Of a stretch of 35,785 nucleotides of DNA, positions 1-7,105 are shown piece after piece. Below the pieces are notes generated by a model. The model saw only the letters and a program-made list of their open reading frames with translations, had not been told where the DNA came from and did not search any database. The position numbers and the translations under genes are program-made. This DNA comes from an uncultured Ignavibacteriales bacterium. GTDB lineage: Bacteria; Zixibacteria; MSB-5A5; GN15; JAAZOE01. The stretch covers positions 1 through 35,785 of the forward strand of contig CAZSYD010000023.1 of NCBI GenBank assembly GCA_964611355.1, in the 5' to 3' direction. The stretch's first letter is position 1. Every line of letters starts with the position of its first letter.

Positions 1-1
1 T

Positions 2-1084
2 CCGGCCCAGTTCGCGAAACTGATAAAAAATCGGCATCCATCCCTGTCGGGAAAAACGGGCATTTATCCGTCCGGACAGACCGTCAAGCTGTGTTTTCAG
101 CTCCTGATAATGGGGGACATTCAGCCGCGAGGGAACCACGATTTGAAGCAGCGATATCTGCCCGATGGTAGAAGGATATTTTTCCAGCAGCCGTTCAAAG
201 GCAAGAAATCGTTCCGGGATTCCTTTTGTATAGTCAAGACGATCGAGCCCAAGCACAACCACCGGCGCTTTCAGGTTTTCGCGCAGGTACCAGGCCGCAT
301 CGGCCGCCTCCCTGGATTTTGCGCCTTCATTGAATTCATTGAAATCGATTGAGATCGGATAATAACCCACATGAATATCACGATCCTCAAGACGGACAAT
401 CGAGCGTCGCTTTCGGACAAACCGGGTGGTTTCCGGGACAAACGATTTGACGCAGGCTATGAAATTGCGCCGGTCGTTCGGGGTCTGAAAACCAACATGA
501 TCGTGGCTTAGTATGGCCAGAAGCAAATCGCGATTCCAGGGCAGGCGGCGGAAAAGATCAACCGATGGAAACGGGATATGCAAAAAGAAGTTGAGATGGG
601 CGGTCACACCCAGTTGCCGAAGGTAATAGGCCACAAAAAAGAGTTGATAATCATGAATCCAGACAACGCTGTTTTCGTCGATACGGGTTGACACCGTTTC
701 AGCGAACTTCCTGTTCACATCCAGATACGCCTGCCAGTTCTCAGTATCAAATGAGAATCGACCCAAAAGATCGTGAAACAGCGGCCAGATCGTTTTATTG
801 GAAAAACCCAGATAATACTGCTCGATCTCGTCTTCGGTGACTGGTACCGATATGAGATCATATTCCTGAGAGTCGCTGTACTCTTTAAGCAGATTATCTA
901 CCGGGGCTTCGTCGCTGCACCCGGCCCAGCCGATCCACGCTCCGTGCGTCCTGCGAACGATAGGATGTAAGGCCGTTACCAGTCCGCCCGGGCTCGGCAT
1001 TACCTTCCACTGATTCCGATCAAAACTTATCCTGACGGGAAGCCGATTGGAGACTACAACCAATTTTTTGCCGCAAAAATCCAT
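2..1084 (-). CDS. otsA: Trehalose-6-phosphate synthase (GT20), 5' part; runs off the window edge
   Basis: Absent from the ORF track because no stop lies in the window. Hand translation from ATG 1084 (SD GAGAGGT) gives MDFCGKKLVVVSNRLP...PGGLVTAL...YYLGFSNKTIWPLFH...WIHDYQL...FFLHIPFP...GFQT...DRLDYTKGIPER, all characteristic GT20 motifs. Confidence 0.95.
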   Translation of the reverse strand, partial: MDFCGKKLVVVSNRLPVRISFDRNQWKVMPSPGGLVTALHPIVRRTHGAWIGWAGCSDEAPVDNLLKEYSDSQEYDLISVPVTEDEIEQYYLGFSNKTIWPLFHDLLGRFSFDTENWQAYLDVNRKFAETVSTRIDENSVVWIHDYQLFFVAYYLRQLGVTAHLNFFLHIPFPSVDLFRRLPWNRDLLLAILSHDHVGFQTPNDRRNFIACVKSFVPETTRFVRKRRSIVRLEDRDIHVGYYPISIDFNEFNEGAKSREAADAAWYLRENLKAPVVVLGLDRLDYTKGIPERFLAFERLLEKYPSTIGQISLLQIVVPSRLNVPHYQELKTQLDGLSGRINARFSRQGWMPIFYQFRELGR

Positions 1085-1191
1085 ACACCCACCTCTCGTG
1101 CTTATAACAAGAGGGATAATTCAATATATACTTTTTTAATGCCTCCCGCAATATAAACCAAAACAGTTTTTGAGGTAGCCGGTTAAACCAA

Positions 1192-1220
1192 TGGACATCA
1201 TCCGATTTACGCTATATTAT
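1192..1220 (+). promoter_or_regulatory. Putative sigma70 promoter for the ThiI-like gene
   Basis: TGGACA-N17-TATTAT upstream of the AGGAG SD and TTG start at 1243. Confidence 0.5.
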
Positions 1221-1242
1221 ATATTACAAGCAGGAGTATAAA

Positions 1243-2253
1243 TTGAGTCACAAAGATCACGGCATAGCGTTATTTTCCGGCGGCCTCGATTCGGCGCTGG
1301 CGGTTTTGCTCATACTGCGGCAGAATATCAAGGTTACGGCGCTGACCTTTTTGACCCCTTTCGCCAACAATATCTACGATAAGTCGAGTTCGGCCAAAGA
1401 TTCTTTTTCGCTTTCGGAACGATACGGATTCAAGGTAAAGTTGATACATCTGGGTGATGAATTCGTGGAAATCGTCAAAAATCCCAAATATGGCCACGGC
1501 AAAAACATGAATCCCTGCATCGACTGTCGTATTCTGATGCTCCGGAAGGCAAAGGAGTTTATGGAGACGGTCGGGGCTGATTTCGTATTTACCGGCGAGG
1601 TCCTGGGCCAGCGTCCTATGTCCCAACACCGGCCGCAACTCCATATCGTTGCCCGAGACAGCGGTCTGGAAGATAAGTTAGTCCGCCCGTTATCGGCCAG
1701 GCTTCTGCCTTTGACTGAACCGGAGCGATCCGGTCTCCTTGATCGCGAAAAACTGGAAGCGATATCGGGCCGTTCCCGCAGGCGGCAAATGAAACTGGCT
1801 GAAAAACTCGGTTTGGAAGAATACCCCTTGCCGGCGGCCGGTTGTCTTCTCACCGATCATGGCTATTCGCGCCGACTGCGCGACCTGTTATTGCATACCG
1901 ATAATGTTGATTTTGACGATTTCAATCTTCTCAGGATTGGTCGTCATTTTCGGCTGGACACCGGCGCCAAGCTGATTGTTGGAAGAAACAAGGAGGAAAA
2001 CGAAAAGATTCTCAGATATCGCAAATCCCACGAGTATATCTTCGAAGCCGTCGATACCGGTTCACCGTTAACGCTGCTTAAAGGCAAATTGAACGAAAAA
2101 ATCATACGGCTGGCCGCGTCAATAACGGCGCGCTATTGTGACCTGAAAGCTTCTGATGCGGTGGAAATCGCTTACTTTCTTGATGATGAAGAACCGAAGA
2201 ATATAACCATTACCCCACAGATTGACCGAGAACTGGAAAAAATCAGGATTTAG
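1243..2253 (+). CDS. ThiI-like PP-loop tRNA thiolation protein without THUMP, with a C-terminal NFACT-R/DUF814-like domain
   Basis: SGGLDS PP-loop, NPCIDCR, TGEVLGQRPMSQ, AAGCLLTD, GRHFRL...IVGRNKEEN; AGGAG SD before TTG. Confidence 0.8.
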   Translation: MSHKDHGIALFSGGLDSALAVLLILRQNIKVTALTFLTPFANNIYDKSSSAKDSFSLSERYGFKVKLIHLGDEFVEIVKNPKYGHGKNMNPCIDCRILMLRKAKEFMETVGADFVFTGEVLGQRPMSQHRPQLHIVARDSGLEDKLVRPLSARLLPLTEPERSGLLDREKLEAISGRSRRRQMKLAEKLGLEEYPLPAAGCLLTDHGYSRRLRDLLLHTDNVDFDDFNLLRIGRHFRLDTGAKLIVGRNKEENEKILRYRKSHEYIFEAVDTGSPLTLLKGKLNEKIIRLAASITARYCDLKASDAVEIAYFLDDEEPKNITITPQIDRELEKIRI

Positions 2254-2317
2254 CCGAATTCTCCGCAAAACCGACAATGGGACGATGAATCACCTAAAAG
2301 CAATCCGAGTTGTTATC

Positions 2318-2354
2318 AAAAAGTGAGCCCCTATCTCTGAACCGACAGGGGCCC
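2318..2354 (-). terminator. Rho-independent terminator of the candidate sRNA
   Basis: GGGCCCCUGUC-8 nt-GAUAGGGGCUC (11 bp, two G-U pairs) followed by ACUUUUU. Confidence 0.65.
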
Positions 2355-2419
2355 TCCTCTCCTTTTGTCTGTCGTAAACAACATCCCGCTCCCAGCGGAA
2401 TAACGCTTATAACAGACAT
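2318..2419 (-). ncRNA. Candidate ~100-nt small RNA: 5' long hairpin, purine-rich linker, intrinsic terminator
   Basis: Hairpin 2418-2366, linker AAAGGAGAGGA, terminator stem 2354-2325 followed by ACUUUUU. The sigma54-like promoter predicts +1 at 2419. Confidence 0.6.
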
Positions 2420-2430
2420 ATATCATATAC

Positions 2431-2445
2431 ACAAAGACCGTGCCG
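2431..2445 (-). promoter_or_regulatory. Sigma54-like -24/-12 promoter
   Basis: CGGCACG-GTCT-TTGT against consensus TGGCACG-N4-TTGC. Spacing is exact; the -12 element reads GT rather than GC. Confidence 0.5.
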
Positions 2446-2525
2446 CAAACGTATTAAAATTCTATAAAATATTCCGTTGCCGGTCACATGGATACGAACT
2501 TTGCATAAATCGATATCTTTCGCAT

Positions 2526-2592
2526 TCGCAATATATGCGATATCATATCTTTATTGATGTGCAAAGAGTAATCAATATCGCAGGAATTGCGA
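2526..2592. promoter_or_regulatory. Two TCGCA-N5-TGCGA palindromes (possible enhancer-binding-protein sites)
   Basis: TCGCA-atata-TGCGA at 2526-2540 and TCGCA-ggaat-TGCGA at 2578-2592, 52 bp apart. Confidence 0.45.
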
Positions 2593-2625
2593 AAAAAAGG
2601 CCTTCCTTTTTGCAAGAAAGGCCTT
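2592..2625 (-). terminator. Rho-independent terminator of 2670..3488
   Basis: AAGGCCUUUCUU-GCAAA-AAGGAAGGCCUU followed by a U-run. Confidence 0.85.
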
Positions 2626-2669
2626 CCTTAGCATAGGGATTTTGCCGCTTTACACCGCCGTAAACCTCG

Positions 2670-3488
2670 TCATTTCAGCAGCATCATTTTCCTGGTTCGC
2701 TCAAAATCATCCGCTTTGAGCCGGTAAAAATAGACGCCGCTGGCTACCAATTCTCCTAATCTGTTCTGGCCATCCCAGATAACTGTATGCGTACCGGCTT
2801 CCATATAATCGCTAACCAGATCTCTGACGTTCTGGCCCAGTACATTGTAAACGGAAAGCGTCACATAGCCCGGCTCCGGAAGCGAATAACTGATGCTGGT
2901 TGTCGGGTTGAACGGATTGGGCGAATTCTGGCGCAGGCCGTACACGGTCGGCAGCGCCTCGTCGCCAAGCCTGAAAAAGGTGCCTTCCACTTCCGGATGG
3001 ATGGTTCCCGCCTCAATTCTGCCGTTGGACTCTTCTTCATAGTAATAAGTCAGCGAATGATTCGGCAAGTCCATCTCAATCGGCGAGATTTCCAGTTCCG
3101 TAGTTCCCGGTTCCAGTTTGAAGTACATTTTGGCGATGGTTCCGGAGCCGGCCGACAGATCGGGAATCTCCTCCGACGGACCTATAGTCATCATACCTAT
3201 CAGTGTAAGCTGTTGATCATTGTAAATAGTGGCTATCAGGAATTCGAAGCCTTTTACCCGATCGGTAAACTCCACCTTCTCCAGGACAGCGCCTTCGGAA
3301 AATCCCAAAGGTATGTCCAGAGCGTTCAGATTCTTCGTGTTGACGACATCAAGAAGCACAACTATTTCGTCCGATGAAACGGTTTCCGAGGCCCGGGTTA
3401 TGACGAGTCGATCCGCCTGAGCAGCCAACGCCATGGCCGGAATCAGAAGCACAACCAGGCTTACTGCGATGATCGCGCTTTGCTTCAT
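2670..3488 (-). CDS. Secreted protein with a cohesin-like beta-sandwich and a C-terminal FlgD-Ig/T9SS-type sorting domain (paralogue 1)
   Basis: Signal peptide ending ALA-AQ; cohesin-like core (LDIPLGF...GSGTIAKMYF); CTD QNSPNPFNPTT...WDG...ASGVYFYRL...KMMLLK; SD GAGGGGG. Confidence 0.8.
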   Translation of the reverse strand: MKQSAIIAVSLVVLLIPAMALAAQADRLVITRASETVSSDEIVVLLDVVNTKNLNALDIPLGFSEGAVLEKVEFTDRVKGFEFLIATIYNDQQLTLIGMMTIGPSEEIPDLSAGSGTIAKMYFKLEPGTTELEISPIEMDLPNHSLTYYYEEESNGRIEAGTIHPEVEGTFFRLGDEALPTVYGLRQNSPNPFNPTTSISYSLPEPGYVTLSVYNVLGQNVRDLVSDYMEAGTHTVIWDGQNRLGELVASGVYFYRLKADDFERTRKMMLLK

Positions 3489-3643
3489 TTAATATCACCC
3501 CCTCAATAGGGTTAATGGTTTGGTTGCGCCTTTCACTCGTTCCCTGTGATACGCACAATTATTAAGGCTGCGCAGCCTGTAATCGGTGAAGTTCCTTACG
3601 CTGTGATGAAGAAAATGAAGGTGGGATATTCCTTACAGAAAAT

Positions 3644-3672
3644 AATATAGGCTTTTTAACCCTGTTTGTCAA
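3644..3672 (-). promoter_or_regulatory. Sigma70 promoter for paralogue 1, giving a ~150-nt leader
   Basis: TTGACA-N17-TATATT on the minus strand. Confidence 0.7.
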
Positions 3673-3755
3673 CTTATTTTTGTATTACCGATCGTAAAAT
3701 AATTCTCCCCGCACACTATTCAGGCGTCAATCAGATATATTATGACTGCAGATCA

Positions 3756-3790
3756 GAAAGGTTCCTCCGTGCAAGACGGAGGAACCTTTC
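3756..3790 (-). terminator. Perfect 15-bp hairpin downstream of paralogue 2 (terminator or stabiliser)
   Basis: GAAAGGTTCCTCCGT-5 nt-ACGGAGGAACCTTTC; the U-tail is weak. Confidence 0.7.
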
Positions 3791-3836
3791 CTTCCATTGG
3801 GGATATTGCCGCTTCAAGTCAGGTAGAAATGAGGCG

Positions 3837-4652
3837 TCATTTAAGAAGCAGCATCTTTTTGGTTTCCGAAAAGCTATTGGCCTCGATGCGGTAGAAATAA
3901 ATACCGCTTGCAACGGAAACTCCGGAGTTATCGCGGCCGTCCCAGACAACGTCATATGCACCGGCTTCGGCATATTCGTCAACCAGGCCGCACACATCCT
4001 GGCCGAGAATATTGAACACGGTCAGCCTGACCTGACCCGCTTCGGGAATAGCATAGCTTATTCGGGTGGTCGGGTTGAATGGATTGGGAAAGTTCTGGTT
4101 GAGAGCATAAACATCCGGCACGGCGCCGCCCGGCGGGAGCGAATACCCGACCGTCTCTACCTTTGGTTGAATCGTCTTCACCTCGGGATAGCCGTTGGAA
4201 TAGTCATTGTAATAATAAGTGAGCGAATGGCCGGGATCGGACAGCTCAATCGGGCTAATCTCAACCATGTCCGTGCCCGGGTCCAGCTTGAAATACATGT
4301 TGGCAATGGTCACGGAGCCGGGAGATAAATCAGGCTTGTCTTTGTTTCCCATGGTAATCAGGCCAATGAGAACCTGTTGCTTATCGTTATCGATGGTTGC
4401 GATCTGGAAATCGAACTTTTTGACCAGATCGGTGAATTCCACCTTTTCAAGGACGGCTCCCTCGGAAAATCCCAATGGAATATCCAGGGCCACCAGATCT
4501 TTGGTGTTGCTTACTTCCAGCGGCACGACAATCACATCCGTTGTGGTTGCCTGCGGCCTGGACATTACGAATTTGTCGGCGTCAACAGCCATAACAATAA
4601 CCGGCGCGGCTAAAAGCGCCAGGACGACTGAGACCAAAACACTTCGTTTCAT
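3837..4652 (-). CDS. Secreted protein with a cohesin-like domain and FlgD-Ig/T9SS-type CTD (paralogue 2)
   Basis: Collinear with 2670..3488, sharing ALDIPLGFSEGAVLEKVEFTD, HSLTYYY and PNPFNPTT; signal peptide; SD GGAGGGGG. Confidence 0.8.
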   Translation of the reverse strand: MKRSVLVSVVLALLAAPVIVMAVDADKFVMSRPQATTTDVIVVPLEVSNTKDLVALDIPLGFSEGAVLEKVEFTDLVKKFDFQIATIDNDKQQVLIGLITMGNKDKPDLSPGSVTIANMYFKLDPGTDMVEISPIELSDPGHSLTYYYNDYSNGYPEVKTIQPKVETVGYSLPPGGAVPDVYALNQNFPNPFNPTTRISYAIPEAGQVRLTVFNILGQDVCGLVDEYAEAGAYDVVWDGRDNSGVSVASGIYFYRIEANSFSETKKMLLLK

Positions 4653-5023
4653 ATTTACCTACCCCCTCCAGAAGGGTTTCAGGTTAGGCCGCACAGGTTA
4701 CTGCTCCTTGTAACCAGTACAACCTTGGTTGCTATTTATACGATTTTCGCCTTCTTAAGTTCCCGTTAAATATAATTCCGATCGCAAAGCCGAAAAATAC
4801 ACTTGAGCCGGGTTGCCACGCTATAATCAGCCCGCAATCGCATTCGTTTCATTCTTCACATCGGTCGAATGCCGCCGACAATAAAGCGTTCCTCCTGCTG
4901 TTTTACAATCATATTCAAAAAAATTCCCGCTTGATTTCCTCCCTGCTGAAGCTGTCCAAAGGATTCCCGCATCCAAGCCTTCATTAGAATCATCCCGGAT
5001 GCGTCATTAAACCCGCTTTAGGC

Positions 5024-5052
5024 TTGACATAAATTACGTGTCTTCTTAGCTT
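5024..5052 (+). promoter_or_regulatory. Putative sigma70 promoter of the OPT operon
   Basis: TTGACA-N17-TAGCTT; SD AAGGAGG follows downstream. Confidence 0.55.
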
Positions 5053-5105
5053 GATACAATTAAAATCGATACCAATATTCCTGCCTGAAGACATAAGGAG
5101 GTTAT

Positions 5106-7097
5106 GTGGCCGATAAAGAGGACCCTGCCGTTTCCAACAACTCCCGAAATTTTAAGCCATATATCAGCGCTGATCAGAGCATTGCCGAAGTGACCATCAA
5201 GGCGCTGGTGCTTGGTTCGATCATATCAGTCATATTCGGCGTCGCCAACGCCTACCTGGGGTTAAAATTCGGCATGACCATATCAGCATCCATCCCTGCG
5301 GCGGTTATTTCCATGGCCATATTACGGGCTATTTACAGCAAAAAAGGCGTTACCGTTTTGGAGAACAATATCGTCCAAACGGTTGGTTCAGCCGGGGAAT
5401 CGCTGGCGGCCGGCATAATCTTCACCATCCCCGCCTTTTTTATCTGGGCCGCCGACCCGGAAATGCAGGCGATGGGATATTTCCACCAAATCAGTAAAAC
5501 GCAGATATTCTGGCTTTCAATGCTGGGCGGATCGCTGGGTATCCTGCTCATGATTCCTTTGCGTAAATACCTTGTCGATAAAGAACACGGCAAGCTGAGA
5601 TTTCCGGAAGGCACGGCTTGCGCGGAAATAATTGTCGCCGGTGACGAAGGCGGCTCCAAAGCCAAAACCGTATTCCTTGGATTGGGCATTGGCGCTCTAT
5701 ATAAAATCCTTATGACCATCGGCAGGCTCTGGAGCGAGTCGCCGGGATACAATTTCAAGGGAATCATGAAAGGCGGCACCATCGGCATCGACGCCACACC
5801 GGCGCTCCTTGGCGTCGGATACATCATCGGGCCTCGAATCGCTTCGCTGATGATGGCCGGAGCCGTTATGGGGTACCTCGGTATCGGGCCGCTTTTGGCT
5901 TTCATCGGCGATCAGATTCCCGGACTTATTATTGCGCCCGGTAATATCCCATTGAGCGATATGAATCCCGCCCAGTTGCGGAATTTTTATATCAAGTATC
6001 TTGGTGTTGGCGCGGTTGCCTTTGGAGGTACGGTATCCCTGGTCAAGTCGTTTCCGACCATAATTCACTCATTCTCAACCGGTTTTTCGCAATTGATTAA
6101 TCGTCGGAGCGCCGCCGATGAATCAACGCCGAGAACCGATCGGGACCTGCCGATGTCTACAGTTTTGCTCGGCTCTCTGGCAATAGTAATATTTATCTGG
6201 CTTTTGCCCGGAACGGAACTGCATTTCCTTGGCGCTCTGCTGGCGGTTCTTTTCGGATTTTTCTTCGTCGTCGTGGCCGCTCGAATCGTCGGTATAGTCG
6301 GGTCGTCTTCCTCCCCCGTTTCCGGCATGACGATTTTTACCCTGCTGGTAACCTGCCTGATTCTGCTCTGGTTCGGCGTCAGTGGCGTCAGCGGAATGAT
6401 CACCGCCATGTCGGTCGGAACGGTCGTTTGCATCGCCGTTTGCATGTCGGGCGATATCGCCCAGGACCTGAAAACGGGATACCTTCTTGGAGCTACCCCC
6501 AAAAAACAGCAATTGACCGAATTTATTGGTCTTCTTTTCCCCGCTATGGTGATGGGATTTGCGCTTTATTTGCTTGGAAATGCCTTTGGTTTTGTCACCT
6601 CGCCTGAACACCCCCAGCCTCTTCTGGCGCCGCAAGCCAATGTCATGGCGACCGTGGTAAAAGGCGTCATCGGAGGGAATATTCCCTGGACGCCGATTTT
6701 TGTCGGCGTTATGATTGCGCTGGGCGTCGAGCTTTTGGGCATATCCTCGCTTCCGTTTGCCATCGGCTTGTACCTGCCGTTATCGCTTTCAACTCCTATT
6801 ATGCTGGGTGGAATACTGGCCATGCTTATCAGGAAAAGCACGCGGGATGATAACCTTTACAAGAAGCGCCAGGAAGGCGGCATTCTTTTCGGGTCGGGGC
6901 TGGTAGCAGGCGACGCACTGATCGGGGTCGTTTCCGCAGGATTAATAGCCTCCTTTGTATCCTTTAAGAATTTTTACGAATCACACGCCGAGGCATCGTT
7001 TTTAACGGGCGAATTTGGAACCTATCTGTCGCTTATCATGATCTTCGGGCTGGCTTTTATTTTCTACGCCAAAACCAGATCAATCGGCAATAAATAA
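5106..7097 (+). CDS. OPT family (YSL clade) oligopeptide/metal-chelate transporter
   Basis: NAYLGLKFGMTISASIPAAVIS, ENNIVQTVGSAGES, FPEGTACAE, QDLKTGYLLGATP, APQA; many TM helices; GTG start after AAGGAGG. Confidence 0.93.
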   Translation: MADKEDPAVSNNSRNFKPYISADQSIAEVTIKALVLGSIISVIFGVANAYLGLKFGMTISASIPAAVISMAILRAIYSKKGVTVLENNIVQTVGSAGESLAAGIIFTIPAFFIWAADPEMQAMGYFHQISKTQIFWLSMLGGSLGILLMIPLRKYLVDKEHGKLRFPEGTACAEIIVAGDEGGSKAKTVFLGLGIGALYKILMTIGRLWSESPGYNFKGIMKGGTIGIDATPALLGVGYIIGPRIASLMMAGAVMGYLGIGPLLAFIGDQIPGLIIAPGNIPLSDMNPAQLRNFYIKYLGVGAVAFGGTVSLVKSFPTIIHSFSTGFSQLINRRSAADESTPRTDRDLPMSTVLLGSLAIVIFIWLLPGTELHFLGALLAVLFGFFFVVVAARIVGIVGSSSSPVSGMTIFTLLVTCLILLWFGVSGVSGMITAMSVGTVVCIAVCMSGDIAQDLKTGYLLGATPKKQQLTEFIGLLFPAMVMGFALYLLGNAFGFVTSPEHPQPLLAPQANVMATVVKGVIGGNIPWTPIFVGVMIALGVELLGISSLPFAIGLYLPLSLSTPIMLGGILAMLIRKSTRDDNLYKKRQEGGILFGSGLVAGDALIGVVSAGLIASFVSFKNFYESHAEASFLTGEFGTYLSLIMIFGLAFIFYAKTRSIGNK

Positions 7098-7105
7098 GCG
7101 CGAGA

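Noticed and set aside
110..970. Plus-strand ORFs 110..352 and 773..970
   Set aside because: Antisense shadows of otsA.
2310..2636. 108-aa plus-strand ORF
   Set aside because: TTG start without an SD, no recognisable motif, and it crosses two terminators and the antisense structured RNA candidate.
3489..3640. c-di-GMP or other riboswitch in the paralogue 1 leader
   Set aside because: No GEMM GAAA-tetraloop/GCAAA core or other aptamer consensus that I could recognise.
5104..5193. Out-of-frame ATG overlapping the OPT GTG start (29-codon ORF)
   Set aside because: It is too close to the SD; GTG 5106 has better spacing and opens the real frame.
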